DNA of 64,000 bases. Source: Candidatus Sericytochromatia bacterium. Lineage in GTDB: Bacteria; Cyanobacteriota; Sericytochromatia; S15B-MN24; UBA4093. The stretch covers positions 64,001 through 128,000 of the forward strand of contig JAKFBU010000039.1 of the NCBI GenBank assembly GCA_036676985.1, written 5' to 3'. Shown piece by piece: positions 27,717-37,489 of this stretch (positions are counted from its first letter, which is position 1; every line of letters starts with the position of its first letter). Below the pieces are notes generated by a model. It did no database searches. It had not been told where the DNA came from and saw nothing but the letters and a program-made list of their open reading frames with translations. The position numbers and the translations under genes are program-made.

Positions 27717-29132
27717 ATGCTCAACCGCATCACGATCAACACGGCCTTCCAGATCGCCACCCGCATCCTGGAGCTGGTGAGCGGGCTGGTCGTCAACGCA
27801 TGGCTCGCCCGACAATGGGGCAGCCAGGCCTTCGGCCAGGTCGGCCACGTCAGCAGCCTCGCGGGTCTCTGCAGCTTCCTGTTCGACCTGGGGCTGAGCA
27901 ACCTCCTGGTCCGGAGCGTCTCCCGGGACAAGGAGAAAGCGCGCCACTATCTACTCAATGGCCTGATGGCCATCCTCCCGCTGTCGCTCGTCGGCAGCCT
28001 GGTCATCGTGGCCGCCGGGATGTGGACGACCACCGCGGCCTACCTGCCGGTGCTCGTGCTCGTGAGCCTGCAGATGGTGCTATCGGCCACCGCCGGGCTG
28101 TTCCGGGGAACCTTCTACGCCTACGAACGCATGGAGTTCGAAAGCATCCCCGTGATCCTGGACCGGCTGGCATGGATCGGCGGGGGCCTGTGGCTGTCCT
28201 TCCTGCCCCCTACCCTGGTGGGCCTCTTCGCCTGGGTGGTCTGCTGCAAATCGCTCAACACGCTCGTTAGCGCCTACCTGTTCTTCCGCCACATCTGGCC
28301 GCTCGCCGAGCCCGCTCGCCTGAGCCTCAAGGCCCAGCTGGGCCTGCTGCGACAATCGGTGCCCTTCGGGCTCAACCTCGCCTTCTCGACCGTCTACGTG
28401 AGCCTGGACATCCTCCTGGTGGCCCACTGGGCGGGAGACGACCAGGCGGGTTACTACCGGGCGGCCAGCATGCTGCTCGTGCCCCTGACACTCGTGGCCG
28501 CCGCCCTCAACAACTCCCTGTTCCCCCGCGTGAGCCACGCGGCCAAGCACGATCCCCAGTCGGCGGGCGCCTTCAGCATGGCCACCATCCAGCTCGTGCT
28601 GGCGCTCGCCATGCCGGTCGGCCTCTTCGTGGCGCTCTTCGCCGAGCCGCTCGTCCTCCTGCTCTTCGGCAGCGAGTATCGGCCGGCGGCCCAGATGCTC
28701 CAGATCCTGAGCCTGGTGGTGCCCCTGCGCTACCTCAACAACAGCCTGGCCGCCTCCTTGACCGCCCACAACCAGCAGGCCCGGCGGACGGTCTGCGCGG
28801 GCATCGCCGCGGCCTTCAACGTCGTGGCCAACGTGATCGTCATCCAGCGGTACCAGGCCTTCGGGGCGTGCCTCACGACGCTCGCGACCGACCTCTTGAT
28901 CGTGGTGCTGCTCGCCTACTGTCTCAACGCCCACCTGGGACGCCAGAGCTTCCAGCTCTTGCGCGGGCTCGGCAGCCTGGCCGTCGCCGCGGCCATCCTG
29001 GTGCCCTTGGCCCTTCTCAAGGCCCCGCTGCTCGTCACGGGGCTCACGCTCGCCGTCTGCTACCCCCTCTTGCTGTACCGAGCCCGCCTGCTCTCGAGCT
29101 TCGAGCTGGGTCTGCTCTTGAGGCGCTCCTGA
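27717..29132 (+). CDS. wzx: Wzx-type polysaccharide flippase (MATE-like)
   Basis: About 12-14 TM helices; FDLGLS..LVRSVS and AGYYRAA..LFPRVS motifs; located in the EPS locus. Confidence 0.85.
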   Translation: MLNRITINTAFQIATRILELVSGLVVNAWLARQWGSQAFGQVGHVSSLAGLCSFLFDLGLSNLLVRSVSRDKEKARHYLLNGLMAILPLSLVGSLVIVAAGMWTTTAAYLPVLVLVSLQMVLSATAGLFRGTFYAYERMEFESIPVILDRLAWIGGGLWLSFLPPTLVGLFAWVVCCKSLNTLVSAYLFFRHIWPLAEPARLSLKAQLGLLRQSVPFGLNLAFSTVYVSLDILLVAHWAGDDQAGYYRAASMLLVPLTLVAAALNNSLFPRVSHAAKHDPQSAGAFSMATIQLVLALAMPVGLFVALFAEPLVLLLFGSEYRPAAQMLQILSLVVPLRYLNNSLAASLTAHNQQARRTVCAGIAAAFNVVANVIVIQRYQAFGACLTTLATDLLIVVLLAYCLNAHLGRQSFQLLRGLGSLAVAAAILVPLALLKAPLLVTGLTLAVCYPLLLYRARLLSSFELGLLLRRS

Positions 29133-29719
29133 TGACGCACGACGACTTCTGCACCTTCGACCCCCTGTTGCTGCTGCCGGCTCCGCCCCGGAGCGGGCTG
29201 CTCTTGGGCCCGCGCCTGGAGTGCGACCACTTGGCCGAAGGCTACGGGCACTTCGAGCGGATCCCGGAGCTGGGCGCCCCCCGGCCTCCCGCGGACGCCC
29301 TCGTGGCCCTCGAGTGGCAGGGCTCCGTCGCCGAGCTCGTGCAAGGTGCGGCGGCGCGGCTGGAGGTGCAGGGGGTCTTGCTCGCCCGGATCCCCAACCG
29401 GCAGCTCCCGTCGCGGCTGGCCCGCCGCCTGTACCCCCGGCTGGAGCACGCACCCGGAAGGGGGGCGAGCCTCGAGCAGATCCGGCGGGCCTCGATCCAG
29501 GCAGGCTTTGCCGAGCACGAGGTCCACTGCTGGCTGCCGAGCGACAGCTTCCCCTACGTGAGCTTCCCGGTTCACGAGCGGCGGATGTGGCGCTTCTACC
29601 TCGAGCAGCTCATGCCCACCTGGGGGCTGAAGAGCCGGATCTTCAGCCGCTGCGCAGGCTGGCTGCCTCCGACCTTGATCTCTCCTTACTTCCTGCTCGT
29701 GGCGCGGAAAGGCGGCTGA
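29132..29719 (+). CDS. Hypothetical protein resembling the C-terminal half of a class I methyltransferase
   Basis: Coupled start (TGATG); L...GVLLARIPNR, AGF and YFLLVARK patterns, but no GxGxG SAM motif. Confidence 0.6.
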   Translation: MTHDDFCTFDPLLLLPAPPRSGLLLGPRLECDHLAEGYGHFERIPELGAPRPPADALVALEWQGSVAELVQGAAARLEVQGVLLARIPNRQLPSRLARRLYPRLEHAPGRGASLEQIRRASIQAGFAEHEVHCWLPSDSFPYVSFPVHERRMWRFYLEQLMPTWGLKSRIFSRCAGWLPPTLISPYFLLVARKGG

Positions 29720-29721
29720 CC

Positions 29722-30687
29722 ATGGTGAGCCTCATCGAGGCCCGGTTGCACCGGCGAATGGGCATGCCCATCCGCCTCCTGCACGTGGGCCTCAACGCCC
29801 ACCGGCAAAACAAGATCCTGCTCTTCGGCTTCCGCAAGGAGCTGCGCGCGCCCGTCGTCGTCTGCCGGCTGAGCCGCACGCCACTTGGCAGCGAGCTCCT
29901 CCGGCAGGAGGCCTTGACCCGTTACGTGGCCTACGAGCGGCTCGGGCCCGACGAGCGGGAGGCCATGCCCTGGCTCGTCGTCGAGGAGCTGCCGACGGGC
30001 ACCTGTCTCATCGAGCCCTACGTGACGGGCAGCCCGGTCGCTTTGCCGACGCGGCCCGAGGACCTCGCGGCCTGGGGCGCCCTGTCGCTCGCCTGGATCA
30101 AGGGCCTGCGCCAGGCGACCCTCAACCGCATCGCGGCCCCCGAGGTCCTCTGCACCCAGGCCGAGTGGACGCTGAGACGAGCCGCCCAGGGGTTCGACGA
30201 TCCTGACATCCAGCGCATGGCCGAGCGACTGCTGGACGAGATCGGCATCCTGGCCGGCCTCTTGCCCGCGACGGTGCACGGGGACTTCTGGCACGGCAAC
30301 CTCAAGCTGGAGACGGGGCGCCTCAAGGTGCTCGACTGGGAGTACTCCCAGATCCAGGGAAACCCCTTCTTCGATCCGCTGCTCAACCTGGTGGCCCTCA
30401 GCGGTGCCCTCGGGGGCTCCCCTGTGGAGCGCTTCGAGGAGTGCTTCCTGCACGCCACCGACTACTCCCGGCAGATGGGCCGGATCCTGGGGGAGCACGC
30501 CGGGGAGGCCGGACCTCGCGAGGCCATGGCCCTGACGCTCGTGCTGGTGACCATGGAGCTGGTGCTCCGGAACCTCCCCATCACCCAGGACATCCGCGAG
30601 GACCGTCACTACCCGCTCCTGGAGCGACTTGCCCAGGAAAGGGAGCCCCTGGCCCGGATCTCGCAGGCCCTTTGGTCAAACGGCTGA
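29722..30687 (+). CDS. APH/choline-kinase-like phosphotransferase
   Basis: Brenner motif VHGDFWHGN and VLDWE. Confidence 0.85.
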   Translation: MVSLIEARLHRRMGMPIRLLHVGLNAHRQNKILLFGFRKELRAPVVVCRLSRTPLGSELLRQEALTRYVAYERLGPDEREAMPWLVVEELPTGTCLIEPYVTGSPVALPTRPEDLAAWGALSLAWIKGLRQATLNRIAAPEVLCTQAEWTLRRAAQGFDDPDIQRMAERLLDEIGILAGLLPATVHGDFWHGNLKLETGRLKVLDWEYSQIQGNPFFDPLLNLVALSGALGGSPVERFEECFLHATDYSRQMGRILGEHAGEAGPREAMALTLVLVTMELVLRNLPITQDIREDRHYPLLERLAQEREPLARISQALWSNG

Positions 30688-30799
30688 AAAATCCTGGTCA
30701 CACCTCCTGAGAGCGATCGCCCGGTGCCTCACCATAATGGGGGCCACTGGTTGTTTGCTTTGCACAACGTCCTGTTCGTCGATCGGGAGGTAGCCGCCC

Positions 30800-32884
30800 A
30801 TGAAGCCAGATTCCCGCCCCGACTCCAGCCTCCTCGCCCTCGTCCGGAGGAGGTACCGCGCGATGGGCCTCACCGCCGCGGTCCTCTTGGTGGGAGGGTT
30901 CGCGCTCCTGGCGCGCATGCCGAGTCAGTACGAAGCGAGCGCCAAGCTGCTCATCGTCCGAAACGAGCAGCGCATGGGCGGCCTCAAGGTCGTCAGCGAC
31001 GCGCTTCCCGAGCTCACGGGTGCTAGCCACCCGCTCTACACCCAGATCGAAATCATGCGCAGCTACCCCATCCTCATGGAGGTCATCAAGCGGGTCGGCC
31101 TCAAGGAGTCGGACGGTACGCAGACGAGCCCCGATCAGCTCCTGGAGCGCCTCTCCATCACCTCCATCAAGGGCACGGACCTCATCTCCATCTCCTACCG
31201 CTCGACCGATCCCCTAAAGGCCCATAAGGTCGTCTCCAGCCTGTGCGACGCCTACATGAGCGCCACGGAGCGCTATCGGCGCGACGGCGTGCGGGATGGC
31301 CTGCGCTACCTGGACGAGCAGCTGGAGATCGTCCTCGGCCGCCTCAAGATCAGCGAGGCCCGGCTCGAGGCCTACAAGTCGCAGCAAGGCACGGTCTCTT
31401 TCCAGGAAGAGGTCCAGGCCTCGGTCAAGGAGCTCGCCGAGCTCGACCAGATGACCGCCATCCGCCGGCATGACTTCGAAGCCGCCAAAGCACGGGCCGA
31501 AAACCTGCGCCGCCAGCTGGGCATGCGCGCGCAGGACGGTCTGGTCGCCGCCACCCTCACGCAAAGCCCCCGCCTCCGCACCTTGCAAGAGCAGCTGCTC
31601 GCCGCCGAGACGGCTCCCATCCGGGCCGAGGCCGCCCCCGACCATCCCCAGCTCATGGCCCTCGACCGGCAGGCCGACCGCCTGCGCCAGCAGCTGAAAG
31701 ACGAGCTCAGGCGACTGGGCATGCCCCAGGCGCATCCCCTCAACGACGTGCAGCTCGACATCCTCAAGGAGCTGACGGCCGCCGAGAACGACGTGCAGGC
31801 CGCCGCAGCCGGGCTCAAGTCGGCCGATGGCAGCCGACGCCAGGTGCAGACGCGCCTGGCAGGCATGCCCTCGCGCGAGATCCAGCTCACCCGCCTGACG
31901 CGCGACGTCGAGGTGGCCAGTCGCCTCTATCAGGACATCCTGGCCAAGCGCGAGGAGGCCCGGCTCAATCTCGCCATCGCCCCCACCTACGCCCGCTTGC
32001 TGCAGCCCGCGCGCATCCCGACCCGCCCGTTCGCGCCCCTCAAGGGCCAGGGGGCGCCCGTCATGGTGCTCCTGGCGCTCGCGGGAGCCTTCGCCGTGGG
32101 GATGGGCCGTGAGCTCTTCGATCGCCAACCCGAGGCCACCGCCATCGTGCCCGCGCTCCCCGATCTCACGCTGTTCACGACCCTGCCGACCCTGTCGGCG
32201 GCCGAGCGGCGAGAGGGAGAGCTGGTGGCACGCACCGGGAGCAACGTCCCCTACGTCGAGGCCTTGCGGCACCTGGGACTGGCGCTCGAGGACCAGCTGG
32301 ACGCTCAGACGGGCCGGGTCCTGTCCGTCACGAGCATCGGCGTCGGCGAGGGCAAGAGCGTGACGCTCGCGAACCTCGCCCTGTGCCTCGCCCATGCGGG
32401 CCACCGGGTCCTGCTCGTCGATGCCGACCACCGCTGGCCGAGGGTGCATGAGCTCTTTGGAGAGCCCAGCGCCGCGGGCGGCCTCTCGGACATCCTCGCC
32501 GACGGACAGGATCCGGCGAGCGTGGTCCGGCGGGTCGGCGAGATCGACATCGTCAAGGCCGGCGGCGCTCGGCTCACCTCCCACACCTTGCGCCTGCAAG
32601 CAGAGCTGAAGCCCACCCTCGATCTGTGGCGCCAGTCCTACGATTACATCCTCCTGGATCTGCCGCCCCTGCTCATGTTCTCGGAGGTGGCCTACTTCGG
32701 GCGGATGTCGGACGGCATGCTCCTGGTCGCGAACCTCCCGCGGCTCGCCCCCGAGGCGCTCGGGACCGGCGTGGCCCAGCTGCAGTCGGCCCGGGTCCCG
32801 GTGCTCGGCGTGGTGGCGCTCGGCATGCCGGGGCTGCAAGGAGCGGCTCCGGCGAGCTTCGCCGCCGTCGGAGGTCGGGCATGA
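30800..32884 (+). CDS. wzc: Wzc/GumC-like polysaccharide co-polymerase with BY-kinase domain
   Basis: TM, coiled coil, TM; Walker A GVGEGKS, LLVDAD and ILLDLPP. Confidence 0.88.
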   Translation: MKPDSRPDSSLLALVRRRYRAMGLTAAVLLVGGFALLARMPSQYEASAKLLIVRNEQRMGGLKVVSDALPELTGASHPLYTQIEIMRSYPILMEVIKRVGLKESDGTQTSPDQLLERLSITSIKGTDLISISYRSTDPLKAHKVVSSLCDAYMSATERYRRDGVRDGLRYLDEQLEIVLGRLKISEARLEAYKSQQGTVSFQEEVQASVKELAELDQMTAIRRHDFEAAKARAENLRRQLGMRAQDGLVAATLTQSPRLRTLQEQLLAAETAPIRAEAAPDHPQLMALDRQADRLRQQLKDELRRLGMPQAHPLNDVQLDILKELTAAENDVQAAAAGLKSADGSRRQVQTRLAGMPSREIQLTRLTRDVEVASRLYQDILAKREEARLNLAIAPTYARLLQPARIPTRPFAPLKGQGAPVMVLLALAGAFAVGMGRELFDRQPEATAIVPALPDLTLFTTLPTLSAAERREGELVARTGSNVPYVEALRHLGLALEDQLDAQTGRVLSVTSIGVGEGKSVTLANLALCLAHAGHRVLLVDADHRWPRVHELFGEPSAAGGLSDILADGQDPASVVRRVGEIDIVKAGGARLTSHTLRLQAELKPTLDLWRQSYDYILLDLPPLLMFSEVAYFGRMSDGMLLVANLPRLAPEALGTGVAQLQSARVPVLGVVALGMPGLQGAAPASFAAVGGRA

Positions 32885-34044
32885 GGGCCGCCTGGGCTTC
32901 TGTCCCCGCGTGGTTCCTGCCCTGGGGGCTCTTCATGGCCCTCATCCCCTTCTCGGGCGGGATCATCGAGGGGATGGGGCTGTCCCTGCCCTACAACGCC
33001 CTGGGGGTCGGAGCGGGCCTGCTGCTGTTCCTCGGCGCGGGCCGCCATGCGCCCGTCAACGGCCGCATGTGGAGCGTCACCCTCCTGGTCGCGGTCCTGG
33101 CCGGGACGTACTTCGCGTCCCTGGATCCGCTCGCGAGCAAGCAGACGCTCGTGCCCATCGGGATCATGTGGCTCATCTACCTGCTGGCCACCAGCGCCCG
33201 CTTGCCCGATCGCCTGATCGAGCTGGGCCTGCGCGCCTGGCTCTGGGGGGGGACGGCTGCGGCCACCATCGCCCTCTCCGGCTTCATGCGCGGCATGGGC
33301 GACATGGATGGGCGCGCCACCTTGATCCTGGGGGGCGCCGAGATGGACCCCAACTTCTTCGTCGCGAGCCTGATCGTCCCCTTCGCCCTGTGCGTGCACT
33401 TCAGTCGGCGCCCCGAACGGCGGCTCGAGGGGCTCGCGGCAGGCCTCATCCTCATGCTCGCGGCCGTCCTCACCCAGTCGCGCGGGGGCCTCATGAGCCT
33501 GCTGCTCGCGACCGTGCTCGTGCTCCTCTGGGAGCGCCGCTGGCGCACGCTGCTCGTCACCGTCACGATCGCCCTCGCGGCCGGAGTGACCGTGGTGAGC
33601 ACGCTGGAGCGCTTCAACCTCAACTCGGATCCCACCGGGGCCGGCCGCACGGAGATCTGGCAGGTGGCCGTCCAGGCGGGCATCGAGCACTGGCCCACGG
33701 GCGTAGGCTTCAGCGCCCTGCCGAGGGTCACGGCCCCGGCCCCCGGGCTGTACTGGTCGCGAGATGCACACAACGTCTACGTCCAGGCCTTCTCCGAGGC
33801 GGGCTTGCCCGGCTTGCTGGCGCTCGGGGCCGTCTTTGTCGCGCACATCGGTGGCCGACGCCGCAAGGACCTGCTCATCGTCACCCAGGCCCCGCTTTTG
33901 GGGTTGCTCGTCGCCGGCTGCTTCCTGCACCTGTTGACCTACAAGCTGCTCTGGGCCGCCTGGCTCATGGCCGCCCAGGCGGCCGTCGCCGACCCCGAGC
34001 CCACCGTCGTCGCCCCCATGTCGCCCAGGAGGATCACGCCATGA
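32881..34044 (+). CDS. O-antigen ligase/Wzy-family polymerase
   Basis: Multi-TM; DPNFF, TQSRGG, GR.EIW, GVG and AHNVYVQ..E.GLPG motifs. Confidence 0.87.
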   Translation: MRAAWASVPAWFLPWGLFMALIPFSGGIIEGMGLSLPYNALGVGAGLLLFLGAGRHAPVNGRMWSVTLLVAVLAGTYFASLDPLASKQTLVPIGIMWLIYLLATSARLPDRLIELGLRAWLWGGTAAATIALSGFMRGMGDMDGRATLILGGAEMDPNFFVASLIVPFALCVHFSRRPERRLEGLAAGLILMLAAVLTQSRGGLMSLLLATVLVLLWERRWRTLLVTVTIALAAGVTVVSTLERFNLNSDPTGAGRTEIWQVAVQAGIEHWPTGVGFSALPRVTAPAPGLYWSRDAHNVYVQAFSEAGLPGLLALGAVFVAHIGGRRRKDLLIVTQAPLLGLLVAGCFLHLLTYKLLWAAWLMAAQAAVADPEPTVVAPMSPRRITP

Positions 34045-34664
34045 GACGCTGGATCGTCGCCTTCGCCCTCGCCTTCCTCATGGGCCTGCCGGCCCAGGCC
34101 GAGCCCGAGGCCTATCGCCTGCGGGACGGGGATAGCCTCACCGTGACCGTGCTCGGACATGCCGAGCTGTCGGTCCAGGCCCAGGCGATCCGCCCCGACG
34201 GGCGGCTCTCCTTGCCCCTGGTGCCGGAGCTCAGCGCTTCCGGCCTGACGGTGCAGGAGCTGAGCGCCGCCCTGTCCAAGGCCTATCGCCCCTTCTTGAC
34301 CAGTCCCCAGGTGCTCGTGAGCATCGCCAAGCTCCGCCCCTTGCGGGTGACGGTGCTCGGGCAGGTACAGCGGCCGGGGACCTACGACTTCGACGAGACG
34401 CCGACCTTGCTGGACGCGATCGCCCGGGCCGAGGGGCTGACGGATCGCGCGGATCGCCAGGCCATCCACGTGATGGCGCCCGGCATGGAGGCCCGCCGTT
34501 TCGAGCTCGACCGGCTCTTGGCGGGCAAGGAGCAGCTGCCGCGGGTGGGCGAGGGCAGCGTGATCGAGGTGCGGGAGACCTGGGGCCCGGACTGGTACCG
34601 GATCATCCCGGTGCTGTCGACGGCCGTGACGGCGGCGGCGCTGGTGTTGCAGGTGATGCGTTAG
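34041..34664 (+). CDS. wza: Wza-like polysaccharide export protein (Poly_export + SLBB)
   Basis: YRLRDGDSLTVTV, IRPDGRLSLPLV and VLGQVQRPG motifs. Confidence 0.88.
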   Translation: MRRWIVAFALAFLMGLPAQAEPEAYRLRDGDSLTVTVLGHAELSVQAQAIRPDGRLSLPLVPELSASGLTVQELSAALSKAYRPFLTSPQVLVSIAKLRPLRVTVLGQVQRPGTYDFDETPTLLDAIARAEGLTDRADRQAIHVMAPGMEARRFELDRLLAGKEQLPRVGEGSVIEVRETWGPDWYRIIPVLSTAVTAAALVLQVMR

Positions 34665-34685
34665 CCGCTGGTCCGCCGACTCGTT

Positions 34686-34797
34686 CTCCCCCCTTCCCCC
34701 CCTGCTAGGGGGGGCCTTGTGCTGTGAGATCCCCGATCAGCTTCTCCGGGGAAGCCGGCAAAAAACTGCCCCCCCTAGCAGGGGGGGAAGGGGGGAA
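34686..34797. repeat. REP/MITE-like element with ~30-bp terminal inverted repeats (related to 18532-18675)
   Basis: ctccccccttccccccctgctagggggggc ... gccccccctagcagggggggaagggggga; between convergent genes. Confidence 0.8.
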
Positions 34798-34811
34798 GAG
34801 GAGTTGCCGCC

Positions 34812-35855
34812 TTAGAAGTTCGACTCCAGCCGCGACCTCGGCTGGTGCTCCCCTCGTTCCTGCAGGGCCCGGAACTCGTGCGCCTCCACGTAGACCTCGT
34901 TGACGTAGCGCATGGCCACGCCGGGGCGGATGGTCATGGGAGCCAGGTCCTCGCCCATGAGGAAGGAGCGCAGCGTCGCCTCCACCTCGTTGAAGCCGAA
35001 GTGCGCCCGGATCGAGACCGAGCTCGAGAAGCGGGCGTTGATCTCGAAGGCCGTGGGACGCCCCTCCCGGTTGCGCCGCAGCTGGACGTTGCACGCCCCG
35101 CGGATGCCGAGGGCCGTGACGATCCGGGCGACCTCGGCCTCCACGTCCGGGACCGGGCCCGCGACCGCGTTGGCGGTGCTGCCGTTGGAGAGCGATCGCC
35201 GGAGCGTCGCCACCCCCTTGAGCTCACCGTTGGCGTCGACGAAGGCCCCGCACGTGTACTCTTCGTCCGGCGTGCCCAAGTACTCCTGGATCACCGAGTT
35301 GGGCACCTTCTCGAGGAAGTACGCGAGCTCCGGAGCGCTCGAGACGACGTAAACGTCCCGCGAGGAGGCCCCCCGCCGCGGCTTGACGACGAGCGGAAAG
35401 CCCACCTCCGCGAGGAAGGCCTCCACGGCCTCCCACGCCACGGGCAGCGTGCTCCGGGCATAGGAGCAGCCGTGATCTCGCAGCCAGCAGGCCGTGCAGT
35501 ACTTGTCCTGGGTGATGGCGAGGACGTCCGGCGAGGTGACCATCACCTTGCAGCCGGTCGCCGCCTCGATGGCCTCGCGTCGCTCGGCCAGGGCGACGAG
35601 CTCCGGCTCGACGCCCGGCAGCCATGCATCGATGCGGTGGCGGCGCAAGAGGTCGATGAGCTGGGTCTCGTAGTCCGGGTGGCTGAAGGGCAAGACCAGG
35701 AAGGCCTGATCGACCCTGTAGAGTCCGGGGCTGTACGGGTTGATGTCCATGCCGAACGTCGTGGCCTCGAGGCCCGAGGCGTTGAGCGCCTTGAGGATCG
35801 ACTGAGCGGCCGTCCCGTTGAGGCCGCTGACCAGAACGTTATGAGGCATGGGCAC
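34812..35855 (-). CDS. ATP-grasp ligase (CarB-like, polysaccharide-locus type)
   Basis: QDKY, FPLVVKPRRGASS, IQEYL and FEINARFS motifs. Confidence 0.9.
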   Translation of the reverse strand: MPMPHNVLVSGLNGTAAQSILKALNASGLEATTFGMDINPYSPGLYRVDQAFLVLPFSHPDYETQLIDLLRRHRIDAWLPGVEPELVALAERREAIEAATGCKVMVTSPDVLAITQDKYCTACWLRDHGCSYARSTLPVAWEAVEAFLAEVGFPLVVKPRRGASSRDVYVVSSAPELAYFLEKVPNSVIQEYLGTPDEEYTCGAFVDANGELKGVATLRRSLSNGSTANAVAGPVPDVEAEVARIVTALGIRGACNVQLRRNREGRPTAFEINARFSSSVSIRAHFGFNEVEATLRSFLMGEDLAPMTIRPGVAMRYVNEVYVEAHEFRALQERGEHQPRSRLESNF

Positions 35856-36594
35856 GTCCTTCCAGGAGGCGCCCGATGCGTCCGACTTCCTCCGTGCGGT
35901 GGGCGTTCGAGCCGAGCGTGACCCATGCCCCCTCCCGGGCGCACACGTCGATCAGGCGCTCGAACTCCGCGGGGGGGACGTACTCGCCGTTGAGCTCGAT
36001 GGCCTTGCCGCAGCGCGCCGCCTTCCAGACGAGGAGGCGCAGGCCCTCTTCGGGGAAACTGCCGAATTGCTTGCGGGTGTAGGCCCCCGGGTGCGCGAGC
36101 ACGTCGAGGTCCGGGTGCTCCAGGAGCTCCCAGAGCGCCTGGAACTCGATCTCGGCGGCCTGGACCGCCGTCAGCTCGGAGGCCGGCACGAAGCCGCCCC
36201 GCCCGTCCGGGTAGTTGTGGCAGGCCCCGAGCACGAGCTCTGCCCGGGCGATCGTCGCCGCATCCGCGTCGAGGCCCCCCGACAGGTCGTAGGCCTTGGC
36301 CTCGAGGCCGATGAGGACGCGCAAGGACGGATAGGCCGCCGCCGCCCGCCGGATCTCGGCGTAGAAGCCGTCGTACCAGTCGATGCCGCGCCGGACGTGC
36401 TCGGTGAAGGCGACCAGCGTCAGGCCCGCCTGGCTGGCGGCCAAGAGCATCTCCTGGACCGTCGCGCGGCCGTCGGTATAGGACGTGTGCAGGTGCAGAT
36501 CGGTGACCAGCGCCTCGCGCATGAGCTCGGTGGCCGGAAAGACCGCCTCTCGCGCCAAGCGAAGCAGCCGCGGAGTCGACAGGGTGCGAAGCAT
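35839..36594 (-). CDS. PHP-domain phosphoesterase
   Basis: DLHLHTSYTDG, FTEH, LAHP and GSNAH motifs; the start may be ATG 36522. Confidence 0.9.
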   Translation of the reverse strand: MLRTLSTPRLLRLAREAVFPATELMREALVTDLHLHTSYTDGRATVQEMLLAASQAGLTLVAFTEHVRRGIDWYDGFYAEIRRAAAAYPSLRVLIGLEAKAYDLSGGLDADAATIARAELVLGACHNYPDGRGGFVPASELTAVQAAEIEFQALWELLEHPDLDVLAHPGAYTRKQFGSFPEEGLRLLVWKAARCGKAIELNGEYVPPAEFERLIDVCAREGAWVTLGSNAHRTEEVGRIGRLLEGRAHAS

Positions 36595-36830
36595 GGCGAT
36601 GTGCCCTTTCTAGGTCGTCGGCAGGAAGGACGGGCGATCGCACCACCCTTGCATGGTTGTATCAACTCGCCCGGCGCGACGATTGTGCAACCTCCACCAT
36701 GTTTCTCAACCTCCTCTCGGTTGATCGCTTTTGGGCCGGATCGTTAGGGTGAGGAGACACCTCCCCCTGTCTCCCGACCTGCCACCCATTACAGCCCGTG
36801 ACGCCGCCCTTTGAGAACGGAGAACGCGCC

Positions 36831-37472
36831 ATGAGAATCATCGCCATTGGGGCCCACCTGGACGACATCGAGCTCGCCTGCGGAGGGACGCTCGCCAAGG
36901 CCGTGAAGAACGGCCACGACGTGCGCATGCTGGTCCTCAGCGAGTCGGACTACACCAACTTCAAGGGGGACGTCCTCCGGACCAAGGGCCAGGCCCTCGA
37001 CGAAGGGAAGCGTGCCGCCCAGGTGCTCGGCGTCGATGACCTGGTGATCCTCGACAACCCCACAAAGGACATCCCCTACCACTCGACGGTCGTCGAGCAG
37101 ATCGAGGCCGAGATCACCGACTTCAAGCCCGATCTCATCTTCACGCACTGGGCCTTCGACACCCACCAGGCCCACCAAGGGACGGCCCTCTCCACCATCT
37201 CGGCCGCCCGTCGCCATTCCTCGATCCTCATGTACGAGCCCATCTCGCCCTCGGGACGCTCCTACGTCGGCTACCGGCCGCAGCTCTACATCGACATCAG
37301 CTGCAGCATCGACAAGAAGCTCAACTCCCTCAAGGCGCACCAGAGCCAGTACGAAAAGTACGGCGACTGCTGGATCGAGGCCATCGAGGCGCGAGCGCGC
37401 CACCGGGGCTTCGAAGGCGGCTACCGGTACGCCGAAAGCTTCGAAATCCTGCGCATGGGCCTGGCCCTCTAG
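36831..37472 (+). CDS. PIG-L/LmbE-family N-deacetylase
   Basis: AHLDDIELACGG, HWAFDTHQAH and HQSQ motifs. Confidence 0.9.
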   Translation: MRIIAIGAHLDDIELACGGTLAKAVKNGHDVRMLVLSESDYTNFKGDVLRTKGQALDEGKRAAQVLGVDDLVILDNPTKDIPYHSTVVEQIEAEITDFKPDLIFTHWAFDTHQAHQGTALSTISAARRHSSILMYEPISPSGRSYVGYRPQLYIDISCSIDKKLNSLKAHQSQYEKYGDCWIEAIEARARHRGFEGGYRYAESFEILRMGLAL

Positions 37473-37489
37473 TCGTCGGAGGGTACGCC

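Noticed and set aside
29722-30687. Aminoglycoside resistance gene
   Set aside because: Only the generic APH/choline-kinase fold motifs are present, and its position in the EPS operon points to polysaccharide modification.
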